Source: Octopus sinensis
Lineage: Eukaryota
DNA length: 64,000 nt
Direction: 5' to 3'
NCBI RefSeq assembly: GCF_006345805.1
Contig: NC_043011.1
Span: forward strand, 16,814,464-16,878,463
This document shows positions 23,906 to 35,018 of this stretch, piece after piece (positions within the stretch are counted from its first letter, which is position 1; every line of letters begins with the position of its first letter). Made by a program: the position numbers and the translations under genes. The notes below the pieces were generated by a model. The model was given only the letters and a program-made list of their open reading frames with translations. It did not search any database and was not told where the DNA came from.

Positions 23906-24436
23906 ACTTACAACATGATTTTTTTTATTTATTATATCTACCTATATTAGATGTCATAATTGCCCAATGGTAGTAAAGACCAGCTCTACCTGAGATGGGG
24001 AAATAATCTTAAGAATCAAAAGTTGGTGATAAGAGGACAGGTGTTGCCATGTGTGTCTTACTCAGCAGTAGCCATCAGCGTGATAATTGACCAACCGCAT
24101 ATGCAGTAGCCAGAGGACTTAGTCTTATACAAAAGAAAAAAAAGAGTAGAATACATTTATGGCCTAGGTAATTTGCATAATTTAAGCAGAATTTTTGTCG
24201 AAAGATCCAAAGATCCTGCAGACCCACTACATGTCAGTGAAATTATAATAAATGAATGTTATACAACTTTGAAGAACAGTATCATTGCAGTTCAACAAAA
24301 ATCATTAAACAGCTGTAGATGTAGTTCTATAGTGAATACACATGAAGAAGTTTATAGTGGTATATTCTCAGTTACCATTGCAAATTCATTGCCCCTGTAT
24401 AATATATATAAAAAAAAATATTTACAGTTTACTCAC

Positions 24437-24515
24437 AAAGTTTCAGATTCAAAAGAGCTTTATTTTCACCAAGGACGGAGTTGATAGAATCCATATCATC
24501 ACTGAATTGTTTTTC
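24437..24515 (-). CDS. Candidate host exon (79 nt), gene unidentified
   Basis: Acceptor tttgcag| and donor |gtgagt; one open frame EKQFSDDMDSINSVLGENKALLNLKL. Its phase does not join cleanly to the upstream candidates. Confidence 0.3.
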
Positions 24516-24673
24516 CTGCAAATGTGAACATGAGTTGTGTATAGAGGAGAGCTATTCAGTTAACGAAACAGGAATAGCAAAATTCAGTCTGAAGACACAC
24601 TTCAAACATTTATAAAGGTAACAGTAGAGGATTAATGGAGCAGAATATACAATGAACAACAAGAAAGACTCAC

Positions 24674-24711
24674 TATACAATTTGTCCATCAAAAGGATAT
24701 CGATATTTTTC
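24674..24711 (-). CDS. Candidate host exon (38 nt), gene unidentified
   Basis: Acceptor ttattcag| and donor |gtgagt; reading frame ambiguous. Confidence 0.25.
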
Positions 24712-24840
24712 CTGAATAACAACTTGAATCAATCAGGAGGTTGATTAACAGTAAATGCATTTCAAGCAACAACGAATGTCATTAAATCCCAAGCACAACT
24801 ATATTGTAGTCTCTCTCTCTCTCTCTCCCCCCCCCATACA

Positions 24841-24879
<39 letters not shown>

Positions 24880-25029
24880 GCTCTCATACATACACTCTCT
24901 CTCACACACACAGCATGCAAATACAGGTATATATGTGTGTGAATATGTGTGTTTGCATATGTCTATGTGCATCTGCAAGTATATGCATGTGTATATAAGT
25001 ATATATAAGTTGTATTTCAAACTGACAGA

Positions 25030-25790
25030 ACAAAAAGAGATCATGGTGGGGGTTACAATGTATATCCAGGAATATTTCCCACCTGTAGCCCTGCTCTTGC
25101 ACTCAAACTCAATTGGTAGCACTCTAATAATACACATTAATCAAATCAAGATGGTAATATGTTCTATATATATCACCCACCAGGTGTGCCAAATTATGGG
25201 TTGTCGTATGAGAGGAGGCTCAAGAAGCTGGAAAAAGTATTAACCAACCTAGATGAGAGCATTCACATGTTTCTTCTAGGACACTTCAACTTCCCTAATG
25301 TTGAATGGCCTGAGGGCTGACTCCTCTTAGGTATGTAGGTATGTCTTTTAGCGGCGAGTTGGCAGAATCGTTAGCACGCCGGGCGAAATGCATAGCCGTA
25401 TTTCGTCTGCCGTAACGTTCTGAGTTCAAATTCCGTTGAGGTCGACTTTGCCTTTCATCTTTTCGGGGTCGATAAATTAAGGACCAGTTACGCAGTGGGG
25501 TCGATATAATCGACTTAATCCTTTTGTCTGTCCCTGTTTGTCCCCTCTGTGTTTAGGCCCTTGTGGGAAGTAAAGAAATAGGTATATAGGTATGTCACTG
25601 CATGAACAAAGGTAAGCAAAATCTCTCTCTACCTCACAAACATGCTCTTTATGGAGTAAATAGTGCTCCACCCAATGAGGAGTAAAAATTCTCTAGACTC
25701 TACTTCACAAATAACATAGCACTCATCCATGATATTAAGGTGACACCAACTATTTTCTCAGATCATAATTTAATAGAACTAACAATGTAC
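25030..25790 (+). mobile_element. CR1/L2-type LINE endonuclease fragment interrupted by a SINE
   Basis: Translations LEKVLTNLDESIHMFLLGHFNFPNVEW (GDFN motif) and LDLYFTNNIALIHDIKVTPTIFSDHNLIE (SDH motif). Confidence 0.75.
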
Positions 25791-26151
25791 ATATTTCTTT
25801 ACTACCCACAAGGGGCTAAACATAGAGGGGACAAACAAGGACAGACAAAAGGATTAAGTCGATTATATCGACCCCACTGCGTAACTGGTCCTTAATTTAT
25901 TGACCCCGAAAAGATGAAAGGCAAAGTCGACCTCAACGGAATTTGAACTCAGAACGTTACGGCAGACGAAATACGGCTATGCATTTCGCCCGGCGTGCTA
26001 ACGATTCTGCCAACTCGCCGCTAAAAGACATACCTACATACCTAAGAGGAGTCAGCCCTCAGGCCATTCAACATTAGGGAAGTTGAAGTGTCCTAGAAGA
26101 AACATGTGAATGCTCTCATCTAGGTTGGTTAATACTTTTTCCAGCTTTTTG
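25221..26151. repeat. Inverted duplication: arms about 25221-25580 and 25792-26151, spacer about 210 bp
   Basis: The right arm is the reverse complement of the SINE plus its unique left flank, with only a handful of mismatches. Confidence 0.92.
25350..25580 (+). mobile_element. Family A (Meta-like) SINE with a probable 16-bp target-site duplication
   Basis: Flanked by ggtatgtaggtatgtc (about 25330) and ggtatataggtatgtc (25581). Confidence 0.85.
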
Positions 26152-26252
26152 TATGGAATATTGTATGGAATATGTCTCAGAGCATGGTTTTGGATGGGTT
26201 CTTCATTGAATGAGTTGTGGAATGGTGGTTCATCTCTCAATTAGTTTCATAC

Positions 26253-26289
<37 letters not shown>

Positions 26290-26299
<10 letters not shown>

Positions 26300-26470
26300 A
26301 TCCAAACATGAAAACACAAAGAGAAAACACAGCGCGAGGACGTGGAACAAGTATAGTATTATTGGACGCTCAGGAAAGAAGGATAGAAGGAGGGTTTAAC
26401 GTTTCGAGCGGAGCTTTTCATCAGAAACATAGGAAAATGAAAGATCCAAAGAAGGGAAGACGGAGGAAAT
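26290..26470 (-). mobile_element. Penelope-like pLTR fragment with hammerhead-like motif
   Basis: Minus strand 26428-26394 reads gttt CTGATGA aaagc tcc gctc GAAA cg tt aaac. Confidence 0.6.
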
Positions 26471-26569
26471 ATATATATGCTTATATTTACATTCATATAT
26501 TATGTATATTTGTGTATATGTGTGCATATGTAGTGTAGGTATGTGTATGTACATGTAAATCTTTACTTT

Positions 26570-26800
26570 ATTTGTTGTGTCAATCAAACTTTGAGATATC
26601 TTCAATGTCAGTGGTCACTATCAACTTCCATTCTTCTCTTGACCATATCTTTCTCTTCCATCTGTACCTGAATACTTTGATTATGTCTTATCCACATTAT
26701 CCTGGACATTTTTTGAGTGGTCTCTTCCAATCTCTAGGATTTCTAACATATCCTGCTTAGAGGAACCCTGACTATCACTATCCAGCAATCACATCATTCC
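26570..26800 (-). mobile_element. Degenerate RTE-like LINE 3' ORF fragment
   Basis: Minus-strand translation RDWKRPLK...SREEWK resembles RTE C-termini. Confidence 0.4.
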
Positions 26801-26840
26801 TTCCACTTCATGAGGTTAGAACAAGATTGCAAACGCTTAC

Positions 26841-26910
26841 CTGGATTAATTATTTCTTCAAAGATTAGCTGGACTGGAGCCCACTTAATAATCTCATGAA
26901 TAATTGCAGC
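26841..26910 (-). CDS. Candidate host exon (70 nt), gene unidentified
   Basis: Acceptor ttctttgtatag| and donor cag|gtaagc; single open frame AAIIHEIIKWAPVQLIFEEIINP; phase-compatible with the 27894-27928 candidate. Confidence 0.45.
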
Positions 26911-27064
26911 CTATACAAAGAAGAAAGAACAACAACTGGCTACAACAGGGGCCATGGAAAAATAATGTTATGAATATTGTTGTAAGAACTTAGCTGAAAT
27001 GAGCAAATTCATGAAAGAAATGATGTGATTGAAATATATATACATATGTATATACATATGTATA

Positions 27065-27365
27065 ACCAAAGCCTTGTGAGTGGATTTGGTAGACAGAAAC
27101 TGAAAGAAACCCGTCGTATATATGTGTATATATGTATGTGTGTGTATATGTTTGTGTGTATGTTTTTGTCCCACCAACATCGCTTGACAACCGATGCTGG
27201 TGTGTTTACATCCCCATAACTTAGCAGTTCAGCAAAAGACACCAATAGAATAAATACTAGGCTTGCAAAGAATAAGTCCTGGGGTCGATTTGCTCGACTA
27301 AAGGCGGTGCTCCAGCATGGCCACAGTCAAATGACTGAAACAAGTGAAAGTGTAAAAGAGTAAAA
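27065..27365 (+). mobile_element. Bipartite SINE (CORE-like part B, TA/TG tract, part C with CR1-type tail), 5'-truncated
   Basis: gccttgtgagtggatttggtagacagaaactg...(ta/tg)n...aacatcgcttgacaaccgatgc...gctccagcatggccacagtcaaatgactgaaac. Confidence 0.8.
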
Positions 27366-27893
27366 GAAATAATGCAAATAGTGGATTGGTAAATGAAGGA
27401 TTAATGAAATTAATCAAGTATGGATGTTTGTTCTCAATTACATAGGCTAAAAATTATTTGATATTATCTCTGCCACTATGCTAGGCAACAAGATTTTTTC
27501 AATAAATGAGAAAGTGAAATTAATAGAAATAATCCTTCAAACCTGACAAAACCTGAATAAGATTGCTAAATATATCATTTGGAAGAAGACTTTATATTAC
27601 AGCGTAATTTTTTGTTTTTCAAACATTGATTGCTACATTGCTTTATTTTAATTCTCCAATTATTTTTAATTATTTCATTGCTTGTATGTTTAAGAACAAA
27701 ATTAAAAATAAAGGCGAAGAAAATTAATTTCACAGTCAAACTGTAACTCAACTACATGCTTAAAGATTCTGAAATAACCGAGACATGTAACAATTATATT
27801 CCTGCAGTGTTACTAAGTCTGTGGGTAGAGTGGTAGGTTGTCCTCAACAAGGTCATGACTTTAAACTTAGTCACTAGCATTTATTCCATTTAC

Positions 27894-27928
27894 CTCTCGG
27901 CAAAATGTTTGATTGTCAGTCAGCAGAA
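27894..27928 (-). CDS. Candidate host exon (35 nt), gene unidentified
   Basis: Acceptor tttcttattttag| and donor gag|gtaaat; one open frame LLTDNQTFCRE ending in phase 0. Confidence 0.4.
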
Positions 27929-28223
27929 CTAAAATAAGAAACTGACAAGAAATAACCTTTATTTAATCTCACTGTTTAATTAATATCAAGAAAAGTAACA
28001 GGAAACACTAAGACATCTCCAGTAAAGAAATTTGCATAATAATTCAGCCCCGGGGAATATAGTAGCATAAAAAAATATCACATGCAAAACTGCCTTAAAA
28101 AATCTATATGAAAGACTAATCCTCTCTTTGACAGAATGTACCAGGAGAAATAATTGGAATTATGTAAATGTTTACAGAAAAAAAATTGTTCCAAAATCTT
28201 CAGTGTATGCATATCATATTTTA

Positions 28224-28435
28224 CCCTTTAGCATTTAGACCAGACATACCCAGCCCAAATATTATACTGGTTTTTATGTTAAATTCAACCAGATCTGGCC
28301 TCTTACACCTACTCTACAATGTCATTCTGAAAATAAACAATCACATCATTGAAATACTGAATCTACATGATAATGCATGAGTAATTGTGAAGAAATAAGT
28401 TTTACATTTGATAGATTAATCTGAATACTAAAGGG
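28224..28435. mobile_element. piggyBac-like MITE, degenerate
   Basis: Ends cccttta...taaaggg with degenerate TTAA flanks; internal sequence shared with 35019-35190 and 44445-44645. Confidence 0.6.
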
Positions 28436-28599
28436 TCAATATGTTCCTGTGTGTGAGAAGAATTCCAGATTACGACCCGAAGGTTCAGAAGTTAATATAT
28501 TGTGCTGCATAATGCATTTGGCTCTTATTGGTACATTTTCACTGCTAAGGAATAGTGAATTTCACCACAGCAAGAAGTGGCAGCAATGTAAACTGACAC

Positions 28600-28885
28600 G
28601 TTTTTTTTTTATTTATGCACCCTTTTCGAGCCTAGCCAGGCTCATGGGCCCAATTTCTGTAGCATATGTGTCCCCCCCCCCCAGTTGGACAGGACGCCAG
28701 TCCATTGCAGTGTTACTCAAGAAACAGGAAGAAAGAGTGAGAGAAAGTCGAGGTGAAAGAGTACAACAGGGGTCGCATTTAGGTATTTTTGCTCAATAAA
28801 CACACGCAACACCCGGTCTGGGGATCAAAACCACGATCCTCTGACCGCGAGTCCGCTGCCTTAACCACTGGGCCATTGCACCTCC
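28600..28885 (-). mobile_element. tRNA-derived SINE (family D head) with V-domain-like body
   Basis: Minus strand ggaggtgcaatggcccagtgg (A box)...ctgcaatggactggcgtcctgtcca. Confidence 0.72.
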
Positions 28886-29469
28886 ACAAAAATGTAATGT
28901 AACTGGACACTTTACATTACATTATTAAATCTGAATATACCAGCAAGGTCAACTTTGTCTTTCGTCCTTTTGGGGGTCAATAAAATAGGTACCAGTTGAA
29001 TACTAGAGTCGATGTAATTGGCTTACCCTCTCTCCTAACATCAAATCTGAAACCATTATTAAATTTGAACACCTACTGATAATGGTGATTGAAGACTCAG
29101 TTGATTCCATTGAGTAAACTGAACTGGATAATGCAGTATGTTATTATGGCTTACTCATAAGTAAAGAATGGGACACCCTTTAAGTTTGCAAAATGTTCAC
29201 AATAGGGGAAGAAAGAAAAGGAGTAACAACTAATTACATATTGCTGCATAGAACTATTTTGATCTTCTTAAGTAGACACTGAAGTGAACCTGACAGGAAA
29301 TGGGGTAGTTTTTCAAAACCTGAATTATAGAATCCGGTTCCTTTACTATCTAGAAGTCAAGCAATCCCACCTGAACCTTTTCGCAAGCACTTGTACTACT
29401 ATACAAGCAGAAGTGCAGTAGTGCACCACATCAAAGTATTAAGTTATTCATCCACCAACCGATCATGGC

Positions 29470-29646
29470 CATTGCCAACCTCGCCTGGCACCTGTGCCGG
29501 TGGCACGTAAAAAGCACCCACTACACTCACGGAGTGGTTGGCGTTAGGAAGGGCATCCAGCCGTAGAAACACTGCCAGATCAGACTGGGCCTGGTTCAGC
29601 ATGGAAAGCGTATGCTAAACGATGATGATGATGATGGTGATGATGA
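29470..29646 (+). mobile_element. RTE 3'-tail fragment or RTE-dependent SINE
   Basis: cactacactcacggagtggttggcgttaggaagggcatcc...aaac(gat)n. Confidence 0.8.
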
Positions 29647-29724
29647 TATCAGAACAGTCTGAAAGCTTGTAACAGAGTGGACTCTGTTAAAGATATGTGA
29701 AAAAAGAGAACATAGTCTGTGGTT

Positions 29725-29920
29725 TTCCCCACCAACACATGATAACCAATGTTGGTTTGCTTATGTCCTTGTAACTTAGCAGTTCAGCAAAAGAGTCTGA
29801 TAGAATAAGAACCAGACTTCACAAAAATAAGTACTGCAGTTGATTTATTTGATAAGAACCATCAAGACGGTGCTCCAGCATGGCTACAGTCCAATAACTG
29901 AAACAGATAAAAGATGAAAG
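29725..29920 (+). mobile_element. SINE part C, degenerate
   Basis: ...cggtgctccagcatggctacagtccaataactgaaac. Confidence 0.65.
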
Positions 29921-31554
29921 AAGATATTTTTGATTATATTTTCACTTTTTGGAGATAAAAAAAAAGTATTGATCATATTCCTTCTGTGCCAGATATAATT
30001 TTTATATTATCAGAATTCAAGAAAGTATTTCAAGTCTAACTCTGATATAGTTTTGGAGTTTATAACTTCAAAAATGAGGTGAGTCTTTGATGGAACAGTC
30101 TGTGGCATCTGATTTGCTGAAAATAGTATCCAAAATTTTTTTAAACTATATTCTTCTGTCTTAAAAAAAGCAGCCACTACATAGTGTTGTCCAAAGTTGA
30201 CTATACCTGAAATTAAGTTGGGACTGCCATGGCTAGCTTGCTTTTGATCATAGTCAACTCAGTAACATTTAGCTTCAACTTAAACATCTCTAACCACAAC
30301 TGCTACTACAATGCATGGAAAAGTTAACCAAAGGAATATTATTCTAATAAAGTTAGTTTTAATAAGCTTCATATTTTAGGAAAATTATATAACACAACAT
30401 AGAACATATAAATTAATTAATTTTATATATTAATTAAAACTAATCGTATTGATTATTTATACATTAATTAATTCTATTAGGAATTAATTCATATACATTA
30501 TGGTGCGTTATGTAATATTCCTGAAGCACCAGGGGTTATAACCCCATACGGTTTTAGAGAAAAGCTAGAAATATTTTCTCATATGTATATAATTAATTAA
30601 TTACTATGCACTGCAATATCCTATATTGTTATTTATTGCTGTTTAACTCCAGATCAACTCTGATTGAACTGTTGATCTAGGATCAAAAACATTCAGGTTA
30701 TAATTACCGTCTGTTATTTTTGAAATTAACACAGACGAGGTTATATTATTCAGCATATCAGTTTTAATTGACAGCAGGCTATAGTTTAGTGAGTGTTTGA
30801 CTGCTATTTTTAGCGGACCAACTTGTGCAGATCCTCCCTCATTAACATATGATTTGTGTCTTGATTTCTATATATCCTTCAACAGGTAGTAAGTATTCTT
30901 AGCTTATATTAACTCTCTGGTACTCACATGAACTATTGAATTCACTTCTCTATTCACTTCCACAATTAATCCTATGAACTTTTTTGCTGATACTTTACTC
31001 CTCTGTTTGTGAAATTCAATACCTTTAATTATATCCTATGATTATCGATCATATCTTGTTTAGCAAATCTTATTGGAAAGACATCTTTTATCTTATTCCA
31101 CATCACATTGCAGATTAAATTATCTATGATGACTTAAACTTTTCATTTCTATGTAGAAAAAAGAAAAAAGAAGAAAAAAAGAAGCAAGTAAGTAATCAAT
31201 CAATAATAAAATATTCTGGCAAAATCAATATGAAAGTAATTTATCTTTTGAAAGTATCGCTAGTATGAGAGTACTATAATATATTGCTACAGTCAGCTTG
31301 ATCGGGCTATACTGTGTTGTTACAATATTAGAATGTCATACTTAAAGAGTTAACCTCGGCAGTCTCAGCTGTCTATGGAAAAGGAGAAGCTATGAAAGCC
31401 GTAGACACAAAGCCTTCTTACAAACTAAACCAATATAGAAATACTGTATTATTAGAGTATGAGCTTACGATTTACTGTAAATGTATTCCTTGCTCTTTAT
31501 AAAATAGTGTGGTAGCCTCTAAATAAGGTTATCTATGTTTATTTTTAAGTGTAA

Positions 31555-31713
31555 CCAGGTGTGGCTGTGTGGTGAAATGCTTGCTCACCAACCACAAGGT
31601 TCTGGGTTCAGTCCCACTGTGTGACACCTTCGACAAGTGTTTTCTGCTATAGCCTCAGGCTGACCAAACACTTCTGAGTGGATTTGGTAGATGGATACTG
31701 AAAGAAGTGTATC

Positions 31714-31756
<43 letters not shown>

Positions 31757-32335
31757 GAGGCACAATGGCCCAGTGGTCAGGGCAGTGGACTTGCGGTTGT
31801 AGGATCACGGTTTCGATTCGCAGACTGGGCATTGTGAGTGTTTATTGAGCGAAAACACCTAAAGCTTCACGAGGCTCCGGCAGGGGATGGTGGCAATCCC
31901 TGCTGTACCCTTTCGCCACAACTTTCTCTCACTCTTTCTTCTGTTGGCCTGCTTGCTTAGCCAGTGGGGTGGCATCATTCGAAGGCTAAAATAATGCGAA
32001 GCGCATTGTGACCAGTGATGTGTGGCAACATCTGATAGCCTGGTCTGTCACGGTGATCACATATATACATACACACACACATAAATATGTGTGTGTGCAT
32101 CTCTCTCTCTTTGTTTCTGCATTTGTCTCCCAGCACATCTTGACAACCAGAATTGGTTCATTTACATCCTTGTAACATAGCACTTTAGAAAAAAGAGAAC
32201 AATAGAAAAAGTACCAGGTTGGTTTAAAAGACAAAAAATAAGTACTGTGGACAATTCTTTCAACCAAAAGTTCTTCAAGGCAGTGCCCCAGCATGGCCAT
32301 GGTCTAATGACTGAAACAGATAAAAGATAAAAGCT
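31555..32335 (+). mobile_element. Nested SINEs: family D copy (31756-32060) inserted in the internal microsatellite of a B-C SINE
   Basis: Order is B head 31555-31710, TA/TG tract, D, CA/TG tract, then C part 32135-32335. Confidence 0.75.
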
Positions 32336-32829
32336 ACAAATATTGGTTTGTTGTGATCCAGCAGCACTGCAGTGGGTAATGCTTGCCAATCTGATTGGCA
32401 AGCATTACCCACTGCAGTCTCTGATTACCCCAAGCCTTGTGACTAAAACTTTGGATATGGAAGTCTATCTGAGGACCTGTTCTCATCTTTGGACAAAAAA
32501 CTTGATCCATAGTGCAGTTTACACTACCATCTGACTTGTGGTCTTTAGCAAAGTTCACTACATGTATACATGCATGTATACATACACACATGTACATATA
32601 AAGAAACAAGGTTAGAGAGATAGTCAGACAGAGATAAATACACAGTTTTTTTTTATTTTAGAGAAGGGAAAGATGTAAATGCATTAGGTTGTCAAAGGCT
32701 ACCTACTAATACTAAGGAATTTACTACTGAGTAACCAGTTGTAAATCCAACATATGTGAAAAGGGCAACATGCTATAAAATTTTGCTTCTTTTTTAAAAT
32801 GGATAAAAATGTCACACCATACAGATATA

Positions 32830-33205
32830 TACTCTTTTACTTGTTTCAGTTATTTGACTGCAGCCATGCTGGAGCACCGCCTTTAGTCGAGCAAATCGAC
32901 CCCAGGACTTATTCCTTGTAAACTTAGTATTTATTCTATCAGGCTTTTTTGCCGAACCGCTAAGTTACGGGGACGTAAACACACCAGCTTTGGTTGTCAA
33001 GCGATATTGGGTGGGGGGGCCGAACACAGACACACACATATATATACATATACAACAGGCTTAGTTCAGTTTCTGTCTGCCAAATCCACTCACAAGGCTT
33101 TGGTCACCCCGAGGCTATAGTAGAAGACACTTGCCCTAGGTGCCACGCAGTGGGACTGAACCCGGTACCATGTGGTTGGTAAGCAAGCTACTTACCACAC
33201 AGCCA
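32830..33205 (-). mobile_element. Complete B-microsatellite-C SINE
   Basis: Reverse complement of the 61790-62195 architecture. Confidence 0.85.
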
Positions 33206-33559
33206 TACAATTATCATTATAAGTAATACATTACAATACAGATGTCTTGATAGATTTTCCATGGTTTCTATGACGTTCTGATGTCTGAGATCAATAGATG
33301 TATTAGACAAGAAGCTTCATACTAGCTAGGCTGACAATGAGAGTGTAGGAGAGATGTAAGTTAATATTTCACAAAATGGCTGTTCTATTCAGAGCCTGCA
33401 TCCTCAGTATACTGCTTTGCCTATCCTGTGTATCATATGGGATGCACAGCATGTGTTTTCCTGGTGTCCATAAAAAGATAAAGGGTAAAGACCTCCTTCG
33501 GTCATGAATGACCATAGGATCACTCCTACAAAGTTCCTCTCTGGCGCACAAGTCCAGGC

Positions 33560-33810
33560 ATGGTTGTTTTTATGGAAGACCAGCAGTCACTCATGCATAC
33601 CAGGCTCCCTTCTCCATGCCACTGATGTTATCCAAGGTAAAAGTAAAGGCTGATACAGCTTGGCACCAGTGACATCATTGCTCAATTCTACAGCTGAGTG
33701 AACTGGAGCAATGTAAAATAATATCTTGCTTAAGAAAACAACACAAAACCCTATCTGGGATTCGAATTCACAACCTCATGATTGTGAGCCCAACGCCCTT
33801 ACTACTGGGC
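33560..33810 (-). mobile_element. Family E SINE
   Basis: ctacagctgagtgaactggagcaatgtaaaat...gattcgaattcacaacctcatgattg, the reverse complement of the 41465 type. Confidence 0.7.
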
Positions 33811-33859
33811 CATACATCATATATTACACACATTTCTAATTTTTATCACACATCTGTGT

Positions 33860-34370
33860 AACTTGGAACTTCTGGTAGGAAAGCTTTATAGTACACAGAA
33901 TGCTAGAAACAAGGGCCTAGTAAAAGTCTGAAAACAAGCACAGACATCTGGGGCAATTTTATGAAAATGATGTGGACAGGCAAAGGGCTAAATCAGTGAG
34001 GCCTAAAGCATGTACACTAGATAAAATCAACATTTCAGCACTGTCCATTGCATAGCCCGTGACATACCCTGAACAATCTGAGTCACTATTAATGAGGCCC
34101 TGGCTTGGGCACAGATTCACTCTGTCTTTTCATCCTACTGCAATGACATCTGCAATGGCTGGGCCACATACACTGTTTGTCAGATGGTTGGATTCTGAAA
34201 GATATGTTATATGGAGAACTGGTTTCTGGCACGCAAACACAAGATTTCATTTTTGCTTCTGCGAGAATGAAATCTTTTGTTTGCGTGCCAGAAAGAGAAG
34301 AATGAAAATTCCTTGTGTGAACATTCAAAGGAGGGAGGACATTGCTAGTAATCACTTCCTCTGGAACTGA
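33860..34370 (+). mobile_element. RTE-like LINE 3' ORF fragment
   Basis: Translation WLGHIHCLSDGWILKDMLYGELVSG. Confidence 0.65.
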
Positions 34371-34489
34371 AACTAGACAATAGTTCAACTAGATGAAAAA
34401 GGAGGCGAGCTAGCAGAAACAATAGCACGCTGGGTAAAATGCTAAGCGGTATTTCATAATATCTTGCTTAAGAACACAACACAAAACCG

Positions 34490-34720
34490 GAGAGCTGGCA
34501 GAAACGTTAGCACACCGGGCGAAATGCTTAGTGGTATTTCGTCTGCTGTTATGTTCTGAGTTCAAATTCCTCCGAGGTCGACTTTGCCTTTCATCCTTTC
34601 GGGGTCGATAAATTAAGTACCAGTTACGCACTGGAGTTGATGTAATTGACTTAATCCCTTTGTCTGTCCTTGTTTGTCCCCTCTATGTTTAGCCCCTTGT
34701 GGGCAATAAAGAAATAAGAT
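34490..34720 (+). mobile_element. Family A (Meta-like) SINE
   Basis: gttctgagttcaaattcc (B-box-like)...gtcgactttgcctttcatcctttcggggtcgataaattaagtaccag. Confidence 0.85.
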
Positions 34721-35018
34721 GAAAAAGAAGGCTAACGACTGCTGATGAAGAAAAGCAAAACTGATGGAGAAACAGCAGCAAGACAACACAACCAATGTTG
34801 CCTTCAGATTCAGTCACGGCGACCAAGACAGTCATTCAAGTGTGAGTTATTTGAAATGCAAATAAATTATCTGTGCATCTCAGTTACAAAGCACTGCATT
34901 TCAAAAAAGTAAATTTATGCAGAATTAATATGTTCTTTAAAAAAATGGCCTCCTGTAGATAAATTTCTTCCAGGAAATGCCAAATATTTTCTAAGTATAT
35001 GCATAAAAATCACCTTAA

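Noticed and set aside
28010-29243. Further minus-strand exon candidates (FFKAVLHVIFFYATIFPG; QYVISCYSF...FFTY)
   Set aside because: No convincing donor for the 28103 unit and ambiguous acceptors for the 29155 unit.
30014-30206. 64-codon open frame on the minus strand and an overlapping plus-strand exon-like unit (30014-30078)
   Set aside because: No recognisable homology and no phase-linked neighbours; frames this long occur by chance in 64 kb.
30500-30560. cctgaagcaccaggggttataaccccatacgg hammerhead-like remnant
   Set aside because: Both core halves are corrupted; too degenerate to call.
30916-31148. Strong-looking minus-strand splice signals
   Set aside because: All frames from the 31148 acceptor hit stops quickly; cannot be supported as coding.
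31756-31830. Functional tRNA genes at SINE heads
   Set aside because: A and B boxes are present, but there is no complete cloverleaf and the sequences run on into SINE bodies.
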